Shown one piece after another: positions 11,168 through 22,300 of a DNA stretch of 23,426 bases. Below the pieces are notes generated by a model, which was not told the origin of the DNA, did not search any database, and saw only the letters and a program-made list of their open reading frames with translations. Positions within the stretch are counted from its first letter, which is position 1; the number at the start of each line of letters is the position of its first letter. Source of the DNA: Proteromonas lacertae (taxonomy: Eukaryota); NCBI GenBank assembly GCA_002245135.1, contig NGBS01000886.1, positions 124,001 to 147,426 of the forward strand, read 5' to 3'. Position numbers and translations under genes: made by a program.

Positions 11168-12652
11168 ATGTCAGGACCACCTGATGCTAGTAGATATAGA
11201 GAAATAGAAGAGTCAAAAATACTACTGCACAACATTAATGATTTAGTTGAAGAAATGCTTTCAAATAATGAGAATTTAGAAGCAGCTACCTTATTAGAAG
11301 AAGCAGCTAATATTACTTTAGAGATATATGGAGAAAAGAGTCATATTGTATAATAACAGATATTTATGTAATTATTAAAGACTGTTGATGCGATTGATAA
11401 AGCAGTAACACAATTAAACAAAGTTTTTATGGAATTTATAGAAAATGCAGAAGATCAAGATTTAGCAGTAGATATAGCAAGAAAAGCAATAGAATTAGTA
11501 GAATTTCTTCCAGATACTGATGATTGTGAAAGTTGCTACGTATAATATAGTGATTTATATATTTTTAGTCTTAACAGTGCTGCTTATGTATTTAGAATGG
11601 TAGGTGACTATTCAATGGCAATAGAATTAGCTAAAGTCGCTATAGAGATATGTAATGAAATGATAGACGAAAATGATCCAGATGCTCAAGATGTTGATGA
11701 ATTAGCTTGTTCCTATCTCACTCTATCAACAATATATCATGAACAAGGAAGTATATATATTATTCTATTTATTTATTTATATGTATTAGATTGTAAAGAT
11801 TCACTGGAAGAAGCAAGAAATTCAGTTTCAAAAATTTTAGAGTATTTAATACCAATTCAGAATAAATATGATAATATTGATGATTATTCAGATTTATTAA
11901 CTACTTTATGTATTGGATATCAGAATATTGGATGTCAATTAGAGGGATTAAATAGATTTAAAGAGAGTTTACAGTGGTATAAAAGAGGATTAATTTCTTG
12001 TCAACAATATATACCAAATAACAAGCAATTATTAAATTCTATTACTGAATCATATAATAAAATATTAAAAGTATATATATATATATATATATACTGAAAT
12101 ATTATTGTTTCAATAGATATGTAATAGTGAAAATAAACCAAAAATTAACCCATTTCTACCAACTAAATCTTCATCAAATACAAATACAAATTCTAATTCA
12201 AATACAAAGAAACATCCATTAAAACCAACAGCAGCAACTACTACAACTACAACTACTACAAATATAGAAGGAAATAAAGATGCAGTTTATATCAATATAG
12301 ACACAAATGCTCCAAATGTAAGCCATATTGGAAATTCTGAGTTTTTAGCTCCAAGTGGTGAAATAATCAGAACAAGATATTCACATATACCAACAGTTAT
12401 AAGACCAAAGAAACCATTATATATGCCAGCTCCACCGTATATTATTTATTTATAATAGCAAATATTTATTTTTATAGAGTATCAAATACACCTTATACAG
12501 CAAAAACAAGTATAATACAACAGTTATATTCAAAACCAAAGGAGAAAGAGAAGATTGAAAAGAGTAAAAGAAGAATACAAAGTGCAGGACCAAAAAGACA
12601 AAGTGAATATGAAAAACCATTAAGAATTAGACCATATTCAGCATTTCCTTAA
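11168..12652 (+). CDS. Tetratricopeptide-repeat-like helical protein with low-complexity basic C-terminal tail, ~431 aa, 6 exons
   Basis: Exons 11168-11347, 11381-11539, 11569-11750, 11790-12070, 12117-12436, 12478-12652, plus one apparent extra base at ~11524-11527. TPR-like units: ATLNSAAYVFRMVGDYSMAIELAKVAIEI, SYLTLSTIYHEQGNCKDSLEEARNS, GYQNIGCQLEGLNRFKESLQWYKRGL. Ends RPYSAFP-TAA. Confidence 0.78.
11348..11380 (+). other. Spliceosomal intron, 33 nt (GTATAA...TAAAG)
   Basis: Contains in-frame stops; coding frame resumes at 11381. Confidence 0.82.
11540..11568 (+). other. Spliceosomal intron, 29 nt (GTATAA...TTTAG)
   Basis: Typical boundaries; frame-consistent only if one base is removed ~15 nt upstream, which yields the TPR-like KVAT|LNSAA. 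Confidence 0.7.
11751..11789 (+). other. Spliceosomal intron, 39 nt, in-frame and stop-free (GTATAT...ATTAG)
   Basis: Read through by the ORF track as the implausible SIYIILFIYLYVLD; removal restores TPR spacing EQGNCKDSL. Confidence 0.85.
12071..12116 (+). other. Spliceosomal intron, 46 nt, containing a (TA)11 microsatellite at 12072-12093
   Basis: GT-AG, phase 0; open frame resumes at 12117. Confidence 0.82.
12437..12477 (+). other. Spliceosomal intron, 41 nt (GTATAT...TATAG)
   Basis: CC|A junction restores the frame through to TAA 12650-12652. Confidence 0.82.
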
Positions 12653-13366
12653 AATATTGATTTTTATTTTTGTTATGTTGGGTTATTATTTATTTTGCTT
12701 ATTTTACATTAGTATATGTAGATAATTATTATTGTCAATCATTAGCGGAATATAATAGAGATTTATTATTTTGAGCTTGAATAGAAATCAAGCTTGAATG
12801 AATGTTTTAAATTGAATATTTCGAGTTACAGATAAAATATGGATTTTATATAATAAAATAATATTTTAGAAACAATGTTGTTTATAAAATGATGAATGGA
12901 AGATTGAAGAATAAATATCAATAAATAACAACTCATATAATCTTTATGACTAAATCACAATGAAAACTGAATTGTATTGTGCTTAAAGATAGATTTATAT
13001 TTTTGTATTTTAACCAAATTAGAAATATCAAAAATTTAATCCGTCTTTTCAAATGGACAAGCAAGTGTTTGAAGAATAGTAGTAGTATTATTGTCAAATA
13101 TAATAATATTATGTTACTATGGTTTGTTATTCACTCATTCAGAGAAAGGAACAAATTTCGCTACATCTTCCCAGTTTGGTAGTAGGCTATCACTATTACA
13201 TGCAAGTAATATAATAAAGAATAAGCAAGAAATAAACAAAAAATACAAAACATAGATATTTTGGAAGGGGGTAATATTTATAACTTCCTCTCTTAATTTT
13301 GGTTTTTATGATTTTCTTATACAAGTATTTAATTTGTATCAAACCATTTTAGATCTTTATTCTAGG

Positions 13367-16300
13367 ATGTTCTTGTTTAGATTTCTGGCTATTTTGAGTA
13401 TAATATTGTATATATAATTTTTAAATAGGCTTAACAGCAGCTTCATGCACTGTTAAAAGCGATTTGTTAGAGTTTTCGACTTTAACAGAATCATTTGATA
13501 GAGCTGTAACTTGTGAAAATGATATTACATCATGTATTACTGTTCCAAGATTACCACCAGGATTGACTTTATCCTCCAATTGTGGTATTTCAGGTAAATC
13601 AAAAACATTCACTCTCAAAAAAAATATACAGTAAAATATGTAAATGATGGTGCTTTATACAGTGGAAGCATTACACTAGTTGCTTATGGAACCCTTTCAA
13701 GTTGTACATATGGTGTAAAAGATGGTATATTCTCTATATCAAAGAGTGAAGCGTTTACTATTCAACCGCCTAGATGCAATGCTCCAATAAAAAACTGTAC
13801 TGCCTCTGTTTTACCAACAGGAGTAAAGATTGATAAATTAGGTAAAATATATACTGAAGGAGTAACAGAAGAATCAGCACAACAAACATATACAATTATT
13901 TGTAGAGACGACAAAAATGAAGTTGAAATTCCATTAAAATTAAGTATAGGATCAAATTCTGGTTCAACTCCACTTCAATATTTTCAATATCCTGCAATGG
14001 ATTTTCCGTTCTTCAAAACAAGGCAATCATCAATAACTCCAAATTATCTAGGAAGAATAAAACCTAGTAGTTGTAGAGCTTCATCCTCTATTGCATTTCC
14101 TGCTGGAATTACAATGAATGGTAATACTTGTATAATAAGTGGTAAATTTACAGGTGTAGCTAACAATCATTTGGTTACAGTAACTGCTATTTCTGAAAAT
14201 GATCATAGTACTTGTTCTTTTAATATTTACATTCGTTATATTAGTGATGCTCATTTAAATTATCAACATGGATGGTTAATTATGCTTTATAGATTTGAAG
14301 GAGCTGATTGTAGATACTCTTATGATTCTCAAAGCAGTGGTGCAAAAGAATTATTATATGTTGGTGTAAGAGATTATGTAAATTACACAGCGGGAAAGTC
14401 ATTATGGCCAGAATATGGTTGGCATTTAGAAGAACAATCTTCATTAAGTTCAATTGGTTTTTATCATGGTGATCAGAGAACGTTCTTTGGTTTTAGTGGT
14501 CCAACTAAAGTGTATTATAATGATAAAGGTGAAAATTGGCCAAGACCAAAGCCAAATCAATTTTCACAAAGTTGTTCTATTGTAACATCTGATTTAATTG
14601 GTGGATTAGCAGGTAGAGCAGAAATACATCAGTATAGAGGAGTTGGTGCTGATAATCAATTTAGATATGAAGTTCAGGTAGGTGCAGCTAGCGGAGGTGC
14701 AGTTGGAACAGGTGTATTTATTGGTCCTGATAAAATTGCTCATCAATATTTAGGATTTTTAGAGTACAATTTGATGAAAGCAGTTTATCCAGCTCACACT
14801 CCAATTCCTGCTAATAAACCAGTATTACAAGCATGGATAACTGCTCGTAAAGTTAATAGTTATGAAATTGATAGAGATTTACCAATTGGTTTAGAATTAG
14901 ATACAAAAACAGGTTATATTACTGGTTATACTGATGAAATAATACCATCCACTTTATATACAGTCACAATGAGAGGAGTTGATACTACCGCTAATAATGC
15001 TCCATTTACATTTACATGTCAATTGGATTTAGAAATTAGAGAATTTACAGCTCCTGAAGATCAATTTGATTGTGATTTAGTAACTGTAGAAGGACGTGAA
15101 GATTTCAAAATAAGTCCAATTACTTGTACAAGTAAGAATTCAATGAAAATAATATATCATTCAACAGATTTACCAAAAGGATTATCATTAAGTGAAGATG
15201 GTGTAATTAGTGGAATTGCAATAGAACAAATATCAGGACATGCTTCAACAATATATGGATGTACAATAAATGGTGTAACTGCAAAACAAATTACATTTCA
15301 TATAAAACCAAGTTGTGAATTTAATAAATTCTACTTTATATATAATCTTGAAACACCTGGAACATTATTCACTATTAAACAGGGAGATGAGATATTATTT
15401 GCAAATACAGCAGATGATGAATTAGGAATAGATATAAAGGCAGTGGTTTGTGCAAAATTAGAAAGTAGTTTAAAATTGATAATAAATAGTAATTCATTAT
15501 TGGGAGGAAAATTTAAACTTATTCGTGATGATTTAGTTATATATACAGGAAAAGTAGAAGATATAATAGATCAAAGAGAAATAGATATAGAATTTCCATT
15601 AGATGAAGTTCCAGTTGTTACATATCCTGATTTGACAGAATTAATAGTTGGTTTTGATTATTATATGTCTCCAATTGTTAAAAATGGAGCATCATTATTT
15701 GAAATTGATACTATCTTTGGAGGTTTAAGTTTTGATAAGGAAACTGGCGCTATTTATGGAACTGTGACTTCAGCAATCAGTAACCCTATTGTTGTTCATG
15801 TAACAGCCACTAATTCACATGGTAAAAGTGAGGTAACAGATGTGACATTAAGATCATCAAAATGTGAAGGTGATAGACAATTATTCAAATTGAGTGTTAA
15901 TGTTGGTGAAGCTGATAGTGGAATTGCTTCAATTGTTGTTACTAAGAAGTCTGATCAAAGTGTTATATTCTCAGCAAATCAAATTATTTCTACAACATTT
16001 AATAAATCATTTTGTGATACACAAGGTGATTATACAGCTACTTATACATTTACATCTGTTTCAAGTATTGAAATAGAATTAGAAGGTCTAGGTATAACCA
16101 CTCCATTATCTCCAGGTACAAATAGTGTTCAAGATTTCTTTGTTCAAAGAGTATATACAGGAAGTGGCATTTGGTATTATACTTCAACATATTACCCTGA
16201 TTGGATTACAATGACTGAATTTGATGGTTGGTTTGCTGCTCCAGTTGGTGGATTTCAAGAACCAAGCGGTATCGTAAGATACTATAAATATGGATTTAAA

Positions 16301-19300
16301 GTTCCAGATACTCAGTTAAGTAATGCAATAATGTTAAGTCTAACTTATGCAGGTGGTATAGCTACTTATATTAATAATCATCTTGTTTACCTAAATAATT
16401 TACCTGATAATTATACAAGTGAATCAGAAAGTATTGGATCAACTGCAATACAAACAGTAAAGATTCCAGTGACTAAATCCTATTTCAAAGTAGATGGAAG
16501 TGATAATTATATTTCAATAGAATGTCATTTCCAATCATCAATGAATAAAAAAGAGAATTTGAATATTGATATGCAGTATATGGGAATTAATCAATGTGTA
16601 AGTATATTAAATAAAGATAAAATTGAAATTACTGCCTTTGCTGAAGAAGGTGTTGGTACAGTAACAGACAAAAGAATGTATGAAAGATATTTGCCTGATG
16701 CTTTTAAGAATGCTATGTATAATTTACATTCAACAGGAGGAGGTTTTAGTTATGATTTTTCTGGTTATAATGCCTATGGAAATACATGGTTTAAATATAT
16801 TTACCCATATCCAGTATTGATTACACAGTATTACATGAGTTCAGATAATGTAGCTAATACATATTCAGTTAGTTGGGATGTATTAGGATCTAATGATAAT
16901 AACGAATGGAATTTATTACATTCAATGAGAAGATCTGCTCAACCAAAAGCAAATGAAGATAAATCTTTTTTTATACCAAATATAAATGAGCATTATAAAT
17001 ACTATTTGTTTAATATTACCTCAAGAGGTGAAAATGGTCAAGCATTAGCACCAACATTTAGAATGACTGGTATGCTTCCTTCAATGTGCAATTACCCAAA
17101 ATCATGTGATGATATTCCAATGGGAAGTAATAGTTATTTTATGTGTCCAGAAGGTCAAGAATCAAATGTAAAAACTGCTACTTCTGAGCCAATAAGAATA
17201 GTAAGAGAATGTCGAAATGTGAATGGTTTTCCAACTCTTCAACCTGATAATTATGGTGGTAATACTTGTTCAAAAGTAAAGATAGTGTTTGATGCTTCTA
17301 ATAATAAAGTGACTGGTATTGTAGGTAAAGAAGTTCCAACTTATAGAGCTTTTTTATCAGTTGATAGAGAAACAACCACAACAATAACATCTGATCCACA
17401 ATTACCTGCTGGAATAAAGATAGATCAACTAAGTGGAAGAATCTATGGTATTCCAACTGAAGGAAGAGAAGCTAAAGCTTATACAATTACTGTTACAAAT
17501 GATGCTTATCCAGAAGGAGCAAGAACCATTTCTAGAACTATTAATTTAGAGGTGTTAATACCAAAATGTCCAGCTTCGGAAGATGGAATTTGGCCAGAAA
17601 CTGAGATTAATATTGTTGCTAATATTTCATGTGGTTTAGAGTATTTTGGTGAAATGACAAGAGAATGTAAATTAGATGAAAATGGTGATCCTCAGTGGAG
17701 TGAAATAGATAGATCAGGTTGTAGTGATAAAGTTCAAACTAATTGTCGATATTCTTCTGATGAAGTGTCATTTGATTTATATGAAAAAGGAACATATACT
17801 TGTACTTGTGATGATGTTCCAACCTCAATTAGAATTGAACCAGAATTACCAAATAATTGGAGATTATTAGAAACAGGAAGTATTCAATATGTGATTGACA
17901 ATGAATTTGATATTGATTATACAATAACATTTGTATCAAAAGATGGTTTTGAACAGGTTGTAAAGTTAAGAATTACATCTTTACCTAAATTAGAAAGTTG
18001 TAGTTATGGATTTGATAATAATGAATTGAAATTATACAAAATGTATGTTGATATAGCAGGTCCAAAATGTGTTGGTTATTTTACTTCTGCATCAGTAAGT
18101 AGTTCAACTCCATTACCAGATGGATTAGTACTTAATGGAAGAACAGGAGCAATAAGTGGATATTTGACAAATGAAATACCAACAGAAGGAGTTGATGTGA
18201 ATATAGTAATAGCTGATGCAAAGAATTCAATTACTCTAACATTAAAATTCAAGAAGAATGATGAAGGTAATTTATTGACTGGATTTAGAGCTTATGGAAT
18301 GAAACCTTATTCTGCATCTGAATTTAGTAATGAATTATGGAGTAAATTATTTGATGGATCAAAAACTTTAAGTGGTCCAACAATAATGACAAAATCAGTT
18401 TATCCAGAAACATCAGATGATTCGCCAGATTTCCCTTCTTCAGAAATGGTTGCTATAAGAGCTGAAGGATATTTAAAGATTACTGAAGCAGGTAATTATG
18501 TTATAAAATATAGAGTAAAAAATAATGGTAATGTTGTTATTCCTGGATTTAAAGATATAAAAACACCATCAACTGCTTGGGATAATGTGCAAACAACAAC
18601 TGTGAGTTTGAAACCTGGATATGTCTATACTGGATTGTTTTTAGGTCTTGATGGTAAACCTTACAGTACTGATATACAAATAAAGAAAGAAAGTGAAGCT
18701 GATGGAAGTTATAAAGATTTGAGTGGAATGATGTATCGTGGTGGCTTTATAATTCAACATGTAGATTATTCTTCATTTTCTTACATTATAATGGCAAGAA
18801 CTGATTATAAAATCATACCTACATTTGAAGGAGTTCCATCTAAATGGAGAATATCTCCCAGTGTAAATAGATTAACATTTGATGAAAATACTGGTATTAT
18901 TTCAGGTCAAATTGATAGTTGTGAAGGATATACAACAACAACATTTACAGTAACATCATATTCTGATGATGGTTTATCATCTAGTTCAGATTCATTTAGA
19001 ATAATTTGTGTTGATGAAACTGTAGAATTATTGAAAGGATTAAATACAATTGTTTATACAATAAATTCTCCAAATTTGGATGGATTTACAGATCCAACAA
19101 CTTCTGGAGGTTTAAAAAAGATACTAGAAATAATTGACAATCCAAATCATGTGAGAAGTGATGATATATGGAATGGATTTTCATTATTATCTATATACAG
19201 TTTTATAGCTGATTATAATGGTTTTATAAAAGTAAAACAACTTGGTGATTATGTAATAACAATGAAATGTTATGATTATTGTAGATTATATTTAGCAAGG

Positions 19301-22300
19301 CAAGACAAAACAATAGAAATAACTGGAAGAGGATATGATATAAAGACAATAAATGTGAATTTTGCAGAAATAAGGTATTATCCAATTAGAATAACATATA
19401 CAAAAGGAAGTGATGATATTGCAAAACAATTAGAAGTAAATATAGTTTCTTCCTCATTAGAAATTGAATCACAGCCAATAGATAAATTCTTATATCATAC
19501 TCCAAAAGCAGTTGTAGAGTATAAAACTTCTTATATTGAAATGTATGAAACAGAAAGTGTTGATATAGAATTAAATTCATTCCAAGTTGATTTAACTGAT
19601 GCAAAATTCAAAGTAAATCCATCATTACCAACTGGCTTATCTTTAACAAGTGATGGAAGAATTAGTGGAACTCCAAGTAGAGAAACTGATTTACTTGAAT
19701 ATAAACTATCTGTAACATTTTCAAATGGAGATACTGATAGTAGTTCAATTTGGATGAAAGTTTTGAAGAATGAAAAGAGTGAATTGAAATATCCAGCCAA
19801 AATAACAGCTTCAACTGGTTCTGAAGTAAATGTTGGTCCAACTAATTTTACAAATTGTATTGGTTTTACAGTTAATAAATTGCCAAATGGTTTTACAATG
19901 AATTCCAAAACTGGATATATAACAGGTAAAGGTATGTCCGAATATAGAGAAGATATAACAGTAACATGTTTATCATCCAATCCAGTTACATCAACAATAA
20001 CATTTGAAATAAGTGGTTGTGGATCTGGAAATTCGTTCTTTACATTTGAATATCTAATTAATTCTAATCCTGAAGGAGTATCATTTGAAATTGGTTATAA
20101 TAATTTGGTGATATTCCCACCAGAAGGATATGATGTAATACCTGAAGTGAATAAGAATTATAAATATGGAACTTGTATTACTTCTACAATAACATATAAA
20201 TTGAATATCAAATGTAAATCATCGAGTGGTTATGTGAAATTATATTATGGAGATTTGTTGATTAAATACATAGAATTTAGTAGTGATGATAGTTATTCAT
20301 TCCAAATGAAAGATCATTCAAATGAAAAACCCAGATTTGAATATGAAAATAAGAATGTATTAGGATTTGTGAAGAATTTGAAAATGACATTTAGTCCAGT
20401 TTTAGTTTATAATGGTGCAAATGAATATAGTTATATAGGTACTCTTCCAGATGGTATAAAATTTGATGTGAATACAGGTGCTTTATCTGGTACATTAACA
20501 TCAACTGATATTTCCACAAGTTTAACAATAACAGCCACAAATAACTATGGTGATTCTGATGAAGTGAAAGTAGAAATCAGAGGAATAATCTGCCCAAATG
20601 AAGGATTTAAAATTAGATTGCTAAGTGATGATGTAAAAAGAGGTACAGATGAATTACCTTATAAACCGTTTTATTATTTGTGGAAATCATCTAGCCTATT
20701 ATCAAACATTTCACTAATAAACCAAAGAGATATTTCTAATTTATATTGTCTTGAAAGTGGATCATACAAATTAATCATTTGGTAATTTAGCTGGAACAAC
20801 AGCATGGAAATTCTCAGAAATATTAGTATATATGTTAGATGAAGAAGATAATGAAGAAACAATAGTGAGAGATTATTATCGAGGTGGAAATGAAGAAGGA
20901 AATTCAATTGATATAAACTTCAAAAAATATTTAAGTCCTTCAACTAAATGGTCATATTCTGATGTTGCTCAAACAAGTGAATCATGGAAAGAAGGATTAT
21001 TAGAAGGTGAAGTATTAGAAGGACCAGTGTTTAATGAAATGACTAAAATAACAAGATATTATATAACTCAATTTGATTTTGGTGATGAAGATTCTATTAA
21101 TGATATATCTAGTTTTATAATTAACCTAAAATTTGAAGGAGGAATGATATTATACATAAATGGTGATGAATATTATCGATATAATTTACCATCTGGAGAA
21201 ATAACCTCTGAAACACCTGCTACATCAAATAATGATTTGAAGAATAGAAAAATAAAAGGTCCAATATCGTTATTCAATATTGGAATAAACACAATAGCAA
21301 TAGAAATTCATAGAACTACAAGTGATGTTAAAGGAGATAGTTTTATATCAAAATCATTATATATTACATCAGGAATGGAAAGTTGCATTTATGATAAATA
21401 TGAAATAACTGAAATAGAAGGAAATTATAGAGATCAAGAGTATAAACCTGATAAAGTAGAAGATAGAGAAGTAGCAGAAAATTTGATTGATGGTAATCTT
21501 GGCACTAAAATGTATGTTAAAGGAGCACATAATGATGCTTATTTACAATTTGATTTTACTGAAGATTATTACCAATATTTCAATTCATACATTGTAAGAG
21601 GATATCATGAGACAAGTGATACACCATCAAGAGAAATTGGTACATTTAGTGTTTATGCTGAAGATGAAAATGATGGTAATTATTTATTAGGAAGTAATAG
21701 TGAAAAACATGAAGAGCCATATAAAAGATATAAACCTGATGTAATTAGTACTAAAGTGCCATTAAAACCAATGAAATCAATGAGAATAGAATTTGAAACT
21801 GAATCAAGTGGTGGTGAATTTACTGATGTATTACCTGCAGTATGTCGAAATATGTGTTTAAGAGATGGAAAATGGTCACCAGCCTATATAGGAACAAAAT
21901 CTAAGATAAATTGTGGATTTAATACAGAAGCAGGTGATGAAAGAGAATGTTTAGATATGAATGGTTCACCAATGTGGGGAGATGAAATAGAAATCTGTAG
22001 TAAAAGATGTAATGATAATGATGAATATGGAATTGGAGTTCCAGGTGGTGAATCAAAACAATATAACTGTGGAAATGGTTATAATGGTTATACCTATAAA
22101 TATTGTTCAATGGTTGAACCAGTTGAATATAGTGAAGTAAAGAGAGATAAATGTATAGGATGGTATCCATCGTCAGTTACATATTCCTCAGTTGAAGGAT
22201 ATGTAGGTAAAACAAGTATAAAAGCAGAACCAAATTTTGTGAAAGATTCTGAGTTGAGTTTATCATTCCGAAGAAAAGATGGAAGTGAAGAATTACCAAA

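Noticed and set aside
12318..12348. Intron-like GTAAGC...TTTTTAG (31 nt) within a TPR-gene exon
   Set aside because: Donor does not match the local GTAT consensus, and splicing would shift the frame to an immediate stop whereas the unspliced frame stays open.
1608..12652. Polyadenylation-created stop codons (Blastocystis-type) or a reassigned genetic code
   Set aside because: All five complete 3' ends have a genomic TAA, I saw no exact TGTTTGTT element after them, and PRP8 translates fully with the standard code.
12771..12797. Hairpin ttgagcttga-atagaaa-tcaagcttga; possible ncRNA in the 12653-13366 intergenic region
   Set aside because: Only a 10-bp stem with two G-U pairs in AT-rich DNA; no tRNA, snRNA or snoRNA signatures recognised.
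12979..13182. 67-aa ORF in the intergenic region
   Set aside because: GTG start, AT-driven composition, no motif and no convincing splice model.
13421..13618. Minus-strand 65-aa ORF
   Set aside because: Antisense to the true N-terminal exon of the giant protein (LPPGLTLSSNCGISG repeat on the + strand).
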